The notes below the pieces were generated by a model. That model did no database searches. It was not told the DNA's origin and saw only the letters and a program-made list of their open reading frames with translations. 64,000 nucleotides of DNA from Oopsacas minuta (lineage: Eukaryota; Animalia; Porifera), in assembly GCA_024704765.1 (NCBI GenBank), contig JAKMXF010000110.1, positions 620,001 through 684,000 on the forward strand, written 5' to 3'. The stretch's first letter is position 1. Every line of letters starts with the position of its first letter. Made by a program: the position numbers and the translations under genes. Positions 10,003 to 22,700 of this stretch are shown here, in pieces.

Positions 10003-11247
10003 CTATGTTTCCATAGTCTTTTCAGAATTGACTTCAAAGTAGAATCTCAGAAACAAGGAATTATCTGCTGTAATACAATCTCGATAATCAAAGAAATAAC
10101 ATGAGTAGAATATCTCACTGTCTTTACCGATACAAAGCTCATAATTCAGTATTCCATCTTTTATATTTGATTTAGTTATATCTTGTTTGTTAATACTAAT
10201 AATTCTGTATTGAGTTATGTAGGCTTTCCCTAAAAATCTGTCAAAGTCTCCAGGCAACCTTTGTAGATAGAAACGGAGATAAATTTCAGAAAATGTTGTC
10301 TTCTTGGTGAGATAAATTCCAGATAATATTGAGTCCTTGATGAGATATATTCTCAATTTGTAGTTGTTAATATAGACTATCGGTCCTTCTAGATTGCCAT
10401 TAATAAGTAGTTTATAAAAATTCTTTATTTCCCACTCAACTCCATCAAGTTGCTTCATTATCTTTCCTTCTATTTCCATTTTACTTTGTTTCTTCTTAAA
10501 ACTATTATTTTCCTTTCTCAGTTCCTGAATTTCAATTAAGCTCATGTCTGTGTGTTCTATATAGAACTCCTTCTTGTGAGCTAGGAGATCTTTTCTTAAG
10601 ATAGACTTTACTTTACATCCATACTCTGTGTATGGACAGCTAATCTCTTCAAATTGACACTTAGATTTGTGTTTAGACAATTGACATCTTTGAAATTCAT
10701 CTCCGCAATTATTGGGACAAGAAATGGGGTAATCATCGCAAACTTCATTATGTTTTTTCATGTCCTTAGCTTTTACTTGTCTTTCACAAAACTTACACAC
10801 TACCTCGCGGAAAACACATGTATTCGTCTTATGATTATCATATTCGCCTCTAGCAACAAAATCATTACAGTCTGTGCATTCAACTACAAAGCTATTACAA
10901 TTATTCAAATGTTTTTCAGCTTCTGATAATTTACCATTCCAAGTACAATCTCTGAGGAGAGGACATTTAACTTCCAATTGATTGACAGCATTATGCACCA
11001 TTTTAACCGGGTTTAAGTCTTGAGATTCGCTACAAACTAAACAAGTTGTCTCGCCGTTACTAAGAGAAGCTTCCCGCATTATTCCAGAGCAAATCTCACA
11101 AATAACAAGCCCTTCCTCCATTCCAGTCAGGTTCCTAGCTAAATAGTCCCTCTTATACCCACAATGGATTGATTTGGCTTTCTTACATTTCTTAACATAG
11201 AGAAGGTCTTCTCTGTCGTCAGGTAGTGGAACCAGTTTAGATGTCAT
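10003..11247 (-). CDS. TRAF-like protein
   Basis: 414 aa; CEIC-x15-CLVC, TRAF fingers, QLDGVEWEI and GPIVYINNYKL MATH motifs. Confidence 0.85.
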   Translation of the reverse strand: MTSKLVPLPDDREDLLYVKKCKKAKSIHCGYKRDYLARNLTGMEEGLVICEICSGIMREASLSNGETTCLVCSESQDLNPVKMVHNAVNQLEVKCPLLRDCTWNGKLSEAEKHLNNCNSFVVECTDCNDFVARGEYDNHKTNTCVFREVVCKFCERQVKAKDMKKHNEVCDDYPISCPNNCGDEFQRCQLSKHKSKCQFEEISCPYTEYGCKVKSILRKDLLAHKKEFYIEHTDMSLIEIQELRKENNSFKKKQSKMEIEGKIMKQLDGVEWEIKNFYKLLINGNLEGPIVYINNYKLRIYLIKDSILSGIYLTKKTTFSEIYLRFYLQRLPGDFDRFLGKAYITQYRIISINKQDITKSNIKDGILNYELCIGKDSEIFYSCYFFDYRDCITADNSLFLRFYFEVNSEKTMET

Positions 11248-11564
11248 TTAGTAGATAGAAATTCAGTTCACTAATATATTCTAGTTATACTTCTCCAGTA
11301 AATTTGTGTTGCCTACAAATGTAATGTGATATCTATTAGAACAACATTAGTGTAACTCATTGCAGAAAAGCAATAATATTTTATTATTCACAACAAGGCT
11401 GTAGGAGACCGTCCCGTTGGTCAGGTTTCAAACGCACCAATTCCATAAATTTTGTATATGGCGGACAGAAGCGATGTCCCAAATGTGTCAATTATTCTGA
11501 GACTCTAGTGTATACACATACGCACAAGCTTTGTAGATTATTTATTACTTCCAGCGCTGAGGTG

Positions 11565-11705
11565 TCAAAAGGTGTGAAAATATACACAAAAGATAAATTT
11601 CAAATATATGGTATCAATACAAGTATACATACCGAATTTGGTGTCTTAATCTCTAAAGGTGTGAACAGCAAAGCGAAAACATATAAATATATACTAACTA
11701 TACTA
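11565..11705. repeat. Dispersed ~130-bp repeat, copy 1
   Basis: AAAAGGTGTGAAAATAT...AATTTGGTGTCTTAATCTCTAAAGGTGTGAACAG shared with 31045-31190. Confidence 0.7.
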
Positions 11706-11835
11706 AGGCAACCATTCCAGAACTGAGCCACTATTCTATGGAATATTAGTCAATACAGTAAAATGCTAATAAAATCAAAGATGTATTATACTAACTAGAA
11801 TAGACAAGATACCTAACAGAACTATTCAAAGTATC

Positions 11836-13165
11836 TTATTTAAGCTTATAAGGATTTGTTGGTATTTGTCTGCAAAAGATGTCTAGCTGAGGTATCTCAA
11901 TGAAAGGATCAGATGGTGTTTGACGGGTGGGTCTATTTGTATCTTGGTTACAGGACCTCAATGTTTCCATAGTCTTTTCAGAATTGACTTCAAAGTAGAA
12001 TCTCAGAAACAAGGAATTATCTGCTGTAATACAATCTTGATAATCATCGAAATAACCTAAGTAGGATATCTCACTGTCTTTACCGATACAAAGCTCATAA
12101 TTAGTATTCCATTATTTATATTTGATTTAGTTATATCTTGTTTGTTAATAATAATACTTCTGTATTGAGTTATGTAGGCTTTCCCTAAAAATCTGTCAAA
12201 GTCTCCAGGCAACCTTTCTAGACAGAATTGGAGTTTATTTCTATAAAATATTGAGTCCTTGATGAGAAATATTCTCAGTTTGTAGTTGTTAATATAGACT
12301 ATCGGTCCTACTAGCTTGCCATTATTAGGTGGTTTATCAACATTCCTTATTTCCCACTCAACTCCATCAAGTTGCTTCATTATCTTTCCCTCCATTTTCA
12401 TTTCACTTTGTTTCTTCTTCAAGTGTGAATTCTCACTCTCTAGTATTTTCATTCTAGTTAGACTCATGTCTGTATGTTCTACGATATACTCCTTCTTGTG
12501 AGCTAGGAGATCTCTTCTTAACATAGACTCTGCCTTACATCCATACTCTGTGTAGGGACAGCTAATCTCTTCTAACTCACATTCAGACTTGTGTTGAGAT
12601 AATTCTCTTCTTGGAAACTCTTCTCCACAATTATTAGGACAAGAAATAGGATACTCCTTACACACTTCATTATGTATTTCCAGATCTTTAGCCTTTCCTT
12701 GTTTACCGCAGTATTCACATTCTATCTCACGTAAGATACACATATTCACTTTATGGTTATCATATTCACCTTTAGTAACAGTTACTTTACAATATACACA
12801 TTGTAGTACAAAGCTATTGCAATTATTCAAATGTTTTTCAGCTTCTGATAATTTACCATTCCAAGTACAATCTCTGAGGATAGGACACTTTACTTCCAAT
12901 TGATTGACAGCATTATGCACCATTTTAACAGGGTTAAACTTCCTTGGACCACAATTTAAACAAGTTGTCTCGCCGTTATAATAGAAGCTTCCCGCATTAT
13001 TCCAGAACACACTTTACAAACAACAAGCCCTTCCTCCATCTCAGTCAGGTTCCTAGCTAAATAGTCCCTCTTATACCCACAATGGATAGATTTACCTTTC
13101 TTAACAATCTTAACATAGAGCAGGTCTTCTCTGTTATCAGGTTTAAGTTCCAGTTTAGATGCCAT
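11836..13165 (-). pseudogene. Frameshifted TRAF-like tandem paralog of 10003-11247
   Basis: ATG 13165 (MASKLEL); single-base deletions near 12980 (ATTATAACGGC vs CTTAGTAACGGC) and near 12105 (ATACTAATT vs ATACTGAATT) relative to the intact paralog; 3'UTR also duplicated. Confidence 0.8.
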
Positions 13166-13713
13166 GAATACTTTATCAATGAATTTCTTAATTAACATTT
13201 GTTGTATTTGTGTTTATATTATAGTTAGTTATAAATAGCAGACTATTAGTGAGGATATTTACAGCTTCTATTAATCAGTCATTGTATATTTGAATATTTT
13301 CTGAATTCTGTTTATACTAGTTTGTTGCCTAACTTTGTAGTTCAGGCTTCGTGTTACAAAATCCAAGTGTTTCATGCATCAAATTTGCCTCTAAATTTCA
13401 ACTTTCAAAGTTGCTTATAATTTTGTTGCATGGAATATTCTATAATTAACACTCACGACATAACTTTGTGAAAAGAGTTGTATTGTGTATGTTTGTTATG
13501 CATTAGAATATAGCAATAGTTACAACAAAAAGTTGGAAATGTTCAAGTTTAATAATTACGAATAAATAAATGTTTACAAGTGTTAATCTGTAAATAAAAA
13601 GTGATTCAATGCGTAAGAAACTAATTTTGCAAAAATGAAAGTATTTTTAGTAAATATTTAGTAAAAATTATGAAAAATAGCGATTAGAATTGTTAAATAG
13701 TAAACAGAAAGGC

Positions 13714-16700
13714 CTATAAGGAGTAGAGAATCTTATTGGTCAAGAGCTGTTCCCTCTTTATTTGCATACGGATTGTGCGTGGGACATCTGGAATCACCCA
13801 GGCGAGAAAACCAGTCACAATAAATATCAAGTTCTAAAATAGATACAGAGGTGTTAAATGGGATCTTGGTGGCCCAGCGGGCCAAATATAAGTGACACGG
13901 GCCATTATGAGGTGTGAAATCTTACCTCGAAAAGTATAATAAATATTAACTTCCATAAAGCTAATATGAAATAGTATTGATGAGTTTGTAAGTAAGGATC
14001 AGGCGAATATCTACCACGATATCTAAAATATGAGAAATGTATAATATTTTGGCGTCCAAAAGTCCCAGAATGAAAACCTGCATAGCAACAGTATGCTTGT
14101 AATGGTATGTCTATAATTTCCATTCACCTGCAAGTACATTGTGTATCTACGCGCTTAACAAAGCAAGTCTCATTAGCTGAGTAAATCGAGCTGTTCGAGC
14201 TAACAGCTGGAGAAGTGAGGCTATTTATAGATGACCTGTTTGTCGGATTGCCTGCCAGATTCAGCCAGATTGCGTCGCAACATGATTGGTTGAGAGCAGC
14301 ATTAGGTGTCGTATTGTTCCATTTCACACATCCGCTATCGTCATTGTTTGAACAACACTCTATACTAAATAACAACAAATATTAGATATTTATGGGAAGC
14401 TTAACACATTTCAAGCACCGCGCAGGGGTCCACAGAATGTGTTAAAATTGAAATAAGAGGCCAGATATGACAAATCCTGAGACCGCCTCCCTCTGGGTGT
14501 TGGGACACGATGAAGCGTCTCCTTTGGGAATGAACCCCTGTTTCCTTGGTTCACAGATGAGACAAGTAATTACTCATATATACCAACCTTTCAGTATAAT
14601 AAGGCTGATAAAGCTCAGATTCACTGTAAGGAACATCAAAACAATAAGGACCTGTACTAGCATTAGCAACTCCAGCTGATTCAGCACTTAAACAGGAAAT
14701 ACTCTGGAATTCAGCCTCAGGAAGATGATTTGTAAGATTTAGATCTGAGCACGGGATCGATGAAAGTGAAAAATTTGTGTATCCTTCCTGCCACATGTTG
14801 TTGTTTGGTTTGTTTATGCTGTAAACATATTCATCTATTGTTGTTCCAGTGAATGTTATGAGAAATGCCTACGGAAAAATTTATCAAAAATGATCGAAAC
14901 AATAACAAAAACAAATTTTGGCCATTTTAGGAAAATTCAAAATGTTGTTTACTAAAAATATATTAACCAATGAGATTTCATGTTATAATAAAAGCGGACT
15001 ATGGATAATAAATCTGTTCAAAATTAACTTACGTTTGAAAGTACACAAACTTTAGCCATTACATCTAAGAATGTCAACCAAATACCTAAATAAGGGAACA
15101 AGCTAATCTCTAAGACATTTTGAATATGGCTTAAAAGGTGTGAAATATGATTAATCATATGATAAATAAGTGTATGTATATATTCAAAAGAGTTACGAGC
15201 TTACTTACCAATATCAGCCGCTCGGAATGCAACATATCTCCTTGACAACACAAGGAATTTATAAGCATCTAATCGAATTTCAACCACATTATTCAGGAAT
15301 GCGAAAAATGGCGCTAATGGAAAAGCAGCAACGAATAGTGTCACAAATCCGAACTGAATTACAAGCTCAAGATATTCATAGAATAAATAATGAGATCGTC
15401 CTACATCTAAAACATGTTCTCTTTCCCAGCGGGCATAGTAATCGTCCAAGCTTTGCATCTCCACAGATTTATTCCTGTAAGAACTGAACTTCCTGTAGCA
15501 CCATTTTACAATTATCTTCAGTAACCTTGGAAACAATAAATACAATTGGAATTTTATAAGATTTGGGAATAAAAGTCTGTTAACATTCATAAGGCCACTG
15601 TTAGTTGTACTTGTTTCAGCTCCACTACCCACATCACGTTTACCTGCTACCTGAATAGTGCCATTATCTCACCTGTTTATCAGTGAAATTCAATTACACA
15701 ATATATTTACAGTAGAGTCTCCACAGACCTCCTCTAACACGCTTAATTAACATATTTAGAAGTAGAGTCACACGAGATAATGATTATGAAATGCCGCCCG
15801 CCTGCATGCTTGGATGGACACCATGTGGCGCTGAAACAAGGCCAAAAATATAACTCACGGTAATCCCAATTCCATTATATTATTGAATAGTTGTTTGCCA
15901 AGAAATATGACCACAAGTTGGATACACAAATCCAAGAAACATCCATACGTCTCACATTCTTCTAACAGGAAATATGTACCAGTGTCACTCCCAGGGTATT
16001 CCACCAGCACCTTTCCTTTGATGAATGCCACATAGAATATTGAAGAGTAATAGTTAATGCATTGGAATAGGAACATTTTGAGAGTGAAACTGTCTTCATG
16101 TTCACTTTCAGTTCGGTGAAGTTCTAAGGAAATCATCGGGGTAATCAGATCGATGAAAAATGCTACAGTATACTTACTTAACACCTCTTGATTTTCCCGA
16201 TATTTTCAAGATTATTTCTGGAAATCTTTGAGAATCAAGGAATTTTCGAAAACCCATGATTTAGCAAATTTAGTTAAGTTTACGCGGGATATGATCTTAA
16301 AACCTGCCAAAAAGAGCGGGAAAATAAGTCCCGCCAAATTCGTGACATTAAGCTTTGAAAACCCCGCCAATTTAAACCATAATCTATAATTAGAACTTAC
16401 CCCAGTTAGTCAGCCATGTAGCCAGGAATTTGTAAATAATCTGCATTACACCAATGAAAAGCAGGTTAATAACAGCAGCTGTTATTGTCACAATTATTGA
16501 GCCTATTGAAGGACTAATTGGGACATCGTTATTCCTAGCTGCCCTGCCAATCTCTATTGTAAGCAGAGTCTTTACGATTACCTAAATACAATAATATTGG
16601 GAAAGATGATAGAGTGGGAGCTGCGCGGATTCGACCAGGGTCTAAATGGTAGATTGAGAAGTTAGTGGGTTTGCCTAGGTGCTTGGCGGTCACCTAAAAG

Positions 16701-19700
16701 TGTCAGTTTAGCAGCCACGAAGGTCACTAGATCAATATTTTTCCATCCAAAAAAGTGTGATATAACTAAGAGCATGTCCTAATATCTAAGTGAAGATACA
16801 AGAGATGCCCGAAGGGTGTCTTGGGTGGATAGTGTTCGCAAGCCATGTCACGCAAGCAAGCGAAGCGTCTTGTTATTTATGTCATTATATAAATTGGCTG
16901 TCGAAGACCAACTCATTTCTCAAATATCAATACTTCACAGGAAACGTAGGAATGATTAATCATATTCCAAAAAGTATAAATAAGGATTCATAAACATCAA
17001 CAATAGGCATTTATAGTTGTTTTACACAGAATGGAACCAGAAGTAAACACAGAAGAATTATCAGAGGAAAAGGCGATCGATAAAAAAGAAGAATTTTTAT
17101 TTGAGAGAATTCAAGAAAGCGAACTGTTTGGCGGATATAAGCGTGACTATTTAGCACAAAATTTAGACCCCACGTTCAACTGTCCAAGTTGTAATGGAAT
17201 ACCAAGAGAAGCTGTCCAAACTGGAACTGAAACTAAATGTGCCACATGTGCTACACCTGAAGACAATCCAACACCAAACGACACCATAAGAGACACAGTA
17301 TTAAAGCTGGAAGTAATGTGTCCATTATTACGCAGCTGCGAATGGAGCGGTACACTTTCAGAAATAGGCACACACTTAGATGAATGCCTATTTCTCCATC
17401 TTTATTGCCCAATGAAATGCGAGACCGTAATCGCACGTGGTGAATTGGAGGCACACACCTATAGTCAGTGTTTGCAACGTAAGGTACAATGTGAATATTG
17501 TAAACAATTCGGACTAGCGAAAGGACTTGAAAGCCACTATCAAAATTGTAAAGATTTTCCTGTTACGTGCCCGCATGGATGTGGAGAGTGCATTCCAAGA
17601 CGCCAATCTGAGATCCATAACAACACTAATTGTCCTATGGGAGAGGTCACATGCCCTTATAGCAAGTACGGGTGTGTAGTGAGTCGTATGACACGTCGTG
17701 ACCTAATCGGTCATAAACAGGAGAGTATCGCTGAGCATTTGGATATGTCAACTGAATTTCACGCGAGGAAACTTGTGCAGGCCGAGGAAGAGATTCGAAG
17801 ACTCCGCGACGAATTGTCGCATACGAAAATGCAGATTAAATATAAAAAGGATTTGGATGGCGTCGAATGGAAGATCGAAGGAATATCAAGCAAAATGGAA
17901 AAGAAAGGCACTTTTGAAGGGCCAATTTTCTTTGTCGGTCCCTTGAAACTTCAGGGGCTGGTAAGATTTGAGCGTCGGATAAAGTCGAACGCGATCTCAT
18001 TTCACATAAAACGTCTGTCGAAAGGGAAAGACTCTCAAATCCTGGCCGACGCTAGATTCACGTATTGTTGTGTGACTCTTGTAAATTTGAAAAACGAAGC
18101 ACACTCAAAGCTACAAGAAAAGCATGTAAGTTACAAAATAGAAGTTGATCAGTTGAGCGATTGTATAGCACAATTTGGCTATGATGACGTCAAGACTCCA
18201 GATTTTCAGAGGGAAAACAGCATTTTCGTCTGGTTTCATTTCGACCTGGACCCAGAGGTAAGACAAGACGCTTCTGCACCTGTGGTTAACCTACAGTCCC
18301 ATCGGAGATTCTATCATGCAGTTGTAGTGCCGAGAGGAGGAGGGGCACAACCACATATGAGACGAGAAATTAAGAGCTTAGCTTTCTAATTCTTATAATT
18401 ACCCCCCTTCAGCTATTTAGTAACATTCTCTACTTAATGTATTCGAATATTTATCGCGTTAATATATTCCAATATTGCCCCTGTAATATTAGAAACTTGT
18501 TTCAGTTCCAGATGATGTGTCCATCTAAGCATGTGAGCGAGCGTGTTAAAGGAGGTCTGTGAAGATAAATCACTACTATCCACCCGTTAGTTAGTAAATA
18601 TATTGTGGAGTTAAATTTCAAATAATGGCAGTACTCATATGACAGGGAAACTTGATGCGGGCGGTGGAGCTGAAACAAGTTTCAAACTAACAGTGGGCAA
18701 ATATACACACAGTAGGTATGTTTATCGGGCAACACAGAGTTGAATTCCATAGTAAAAGGCGTGAAAATGTGATTATTCACTAATTACCAATTAATATAGG
18801 TTCAAAGGTTAAATAATCAGTTTGAATTTATTAGAATTTCACTAATTATTATTCATCAAATAATCCACAATCTATCCAGATGGCTGAACGCAACACAGCC
18901 AATAACAATATTATCTGTAATAAGATTGTGTCACAAGATCAGAGTACATGGAAGAGGTCACACGACACAAACCACTGATAATTATTCTATTTTAATAATT
19001 GTGTCAGTTCAGCAGTTTTATATTACAAACTATAAAATATTGGAAAATCAAACAAAACTAAACAAATTCAAACTTTACAACTCTCAAAATGGCGACACAA
19101 TTTCCTGAGCCAATCCCAGTTCCAATTGTAGACCCCTTAGAACAAGAAATCAACCAATCAATTGACAGGATGATATTCCTACTCAATCAGAGAAGAATCC
19201 ATCTCTTAACCACTTTAAGAAATAAACGAGAAGAGACAAGAGCTAATCAGGTAGCGTGTCAGCAAATGAAGCAACAACTGGAAGAGACCCGAGCTCTTGT
19301 AGAAGGTAAAATGACACACAATCAACTCCACTCCATTTCGGATAGATTTGTGGCAGAAATGCAAACAAAACTAGCAGAACTCCACCTCAACACACCACCA
19401 CCTCATGTACTGAGGTTCTTGTGTGATACACAAGACCTCGAGAGGAGTATTAACCGTCTAGGAGAGATCAGCCAACAAGAAATCAATCCCATCCCTCATA
19501 TACCAGTAATCCCTAAGTACGCCAAATTCCAACAGCCCATTGTTGCTGTTGGGAAAGAAGGATCAGCTCCTGGGGAGTTTAAAGGGCCAAGAGGTGTCGC
19601 AATTGAACCTGAATCTGGACACATTTATGTGGCAGATAAGAGCAACAGGCGTATACAAATATTCTCTCAGTCAGGAGACTATTTCAACCATTTCGGTAAT

Positions 19701-22700
19701 CAACACCTGAAACAGCCATGGGGTATCCTAATCCATGAGGATAACATTTATGTTACAGACAGAGAACATCACGCTATCTTCTTATTCAAGCTGCCAGACC
19801 TAACTATGATAAAGCGAGTAGGTAAGAGAGGATCTGGTAGTGAAGAGTTCAATGATCCTAGACAACCCGCCATCTCTCCTAATACACGCCTTTATGTACC
19901 AGATTATTTCAACAACAGACTACAAATACTAACAACTAATTTGGTATTTACAGACACGCTACGACACCAAACCATGACTGGACCTAATGATGTTAAATTC
20001 ACAAACAATGAAATGTTTGTGTTGAGCTGTGATGACAATCCATGTATTCATGTGTTTACTCTCTCAGGAGAGAAGTCCCGCTCATTGATTACCGGAGGAA
20101 TAGGAATAGGAATGCAAGTTGAAGTAGCATACTTCTTCTGTCTAGACGGACATAATAACATTATCATAAGCGACTGCTTAACTGACATTATTAAAGTATT
20201 CTCACCAGAAGGAGACCTCCTACACAAGATAGGACAGAGAGGACATAAAGCTGAAATGTTTGTCTCCCCTTCCGGAATTACAATACACAACACAAAACTA
20301 ATTTGTGTTTCTGATAACAATAATTTCTGTTTACAAATATTTTCTGCTTAATACCCGCTAAAAATTATAATATGTATATTTAGTGAATACTTTGGGTTTT
20401 AACTGGGACCTTCGTGAATATTTGTACCGTTGGGGAGGGGATAAGGAGAGGGGGCTAAATCAGGACAAAAGTTTAATTTAGGCGCGTAATATGTACATGA
20501 CATTATTCTATAAATATGAGCTAATATTAATTCTGTAATTTAATACAAACATACATAAGAACCCATATCGATAAATCTTTCTAATTCAGCTAATGGTAAA
20601 TTCACTGTTCTTGAATAAGACATAATTATGGCTGCAAAACCACCTGAAGTAAAAACAGCTGATGACAAAAACGACACATTATTTATAAAGATAGATGGAA
20701 CACATCGAGGGTACAAGAAGGAGTTCCTCTCACAGAATATACCTCCAATGATGGAGAGCATTTTAGTCTGTCCGATCTGTAAAGGAATTATGAATAATGC
20801 TACTGTCTGCCTCGGGTCCATCACATGCGAGACCTGTGCTACTCCAAAAGGCGATAAAAGTAAGGTTACCCAAGTTGTAAGCACCGTGTTAGGATTGGAT
20901 GTAAAGTGTCCACTTTTAAGGCAATGTGAATGGTCAGGAAAACTGTCCGCGACACAGGAACATTTAGATAAATGTCTGTTGTTCAAGTTGAAGTGTCCCC
21001 AAGGGTGCGGGGTGATTATTGAGCGATCCAAAGAGGCGAATCATAAAACGACAGAATGTGTGAAGAGAAAAATAAATTGCAAACACTGTAAGAAACCTTT
21101 CAACTCTGAACAATTGGATGAACACTTGAAAAACTGTGATTCTCAACCCATCAAATGTCCAGATGGTTGCGGGAAGGAAGTAGCTAAAAAGGACGCTGCC
21201 ACTCATAAAAATAATGACTGCCCATTGGCTGATGTAAAGTGTCCATATGATAAATACGGATGCAAGTTGGGTACAATAAAACGAAAGGAATTGATGGCGC
21301 ATAAAACTGGAAATGTGATGGAACATCAAGATTATATTTTGGGAAGTCTAGCAAAATTGGAAACTGAAAATGCAAATTTGAAGAAAGAACTGACAGACAC
21401 TAAAACACAGCTGGCACTGAGGATAACAAATCTTGAAAAAGGTGTCAAGAAATAGTTACATATTATTTTGTGTGAATTTATATTTCGATAATTCTGGTTG
21501 TATCTGACACCTCTATTAGTTGAACAAGGTGTTAAAATAATTAATCACACTATACAAAGCATAATTAAAATTATTGCCCCACAAACAAAAACGATAATAA
21601 GCTTATCAAACTGTCTTTTCAACCCTTGGTGATCTTTCAGAAGTAGGTCTTGGTGCAAAATGTATCTTTCCTTTTGATGGTCCTCGAGTTTACACCTATT
21701 TATGTGCCCAATTGTACAACCTATCTCAGCGTAAGGACACGAAATCTTGACCAATGGACAGTCAGTATTCAAATGCCGCCTTAATGTATTCCGCGGTAAT
21801 TCTTTCCCGCATAAAAACGAGCATTTGATTGGATATAGCTTACAGGAAGTGTTAAAATGTGTATCTAACGTCTTAGAAATGAGCTGAATCCCGCAATAAT
21901 TACATGACACAATGCGATTCTCACATTCATGCCGAATATGGTCAGTTTCATTGCGTCTAATAACGACAGCATTGCATTTGAGAGGACAAGGAATTCGGAA
22001 ATATCCACAGAACCCTAAATGATTTTCAACCCTCGGGAATCTTCCTTTCCAAGGACAGTTCACTAACGGACAATGTATTTCTAAGTTATTTATTGCGTCC
22101 CGTATTGACATCAATTTCCAAGGGAAGGTATCTTTAGTGCAATTGGAACAAGACATACCGTTTCCAGAGGTTACAGCTTCTCGCATAATTCCATGACAAA
22201 TTACACACTTTAAGAGGTTTATTTCAACTGTCTCTAAACACTTTGACAGATAACTAGACTTGTATCCACCATAATGACCTTGTATTCTGACATATAAGAG
22301 AGAACGTACACGTTCATGTGCTGGGGCCAATTCATTAGTAGCCATGAAAACGAAGTGAAAAGAACAAGCACTATTCAAAATATATACAACTCAAGATATA
22401 CATACAGTGAGTTGTTGTGGATTAGATTACACAAATGTATTTTATAGCTTTGCGATATGAACAAAAATGATGCACGTCCCTTGATATATTTCTCGAACCT
22501 GCTAATCTTAGCAAAAGCCCCTTCCGGATTGCATTTAACATGGAGGAGACATTGTGTATTATCTAGGAGATGTTCTCTCTGGAAGTTTGGTAGTGGACTT
22601 CAAACTGAACAAGCTATAGTGCTACTCTCTATCGTGACAGCGTCTCGCATAATACCGTCACATCTACAGCAAATCGCAAGATCAATTCACGACCAACTCA

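Noticed and set aside
14478-14560. Two hairpins in an ANO intron suggesting an H/ACA snoRNA
   Set aside because: One hairpin is too short and no properly placed ACA box is present
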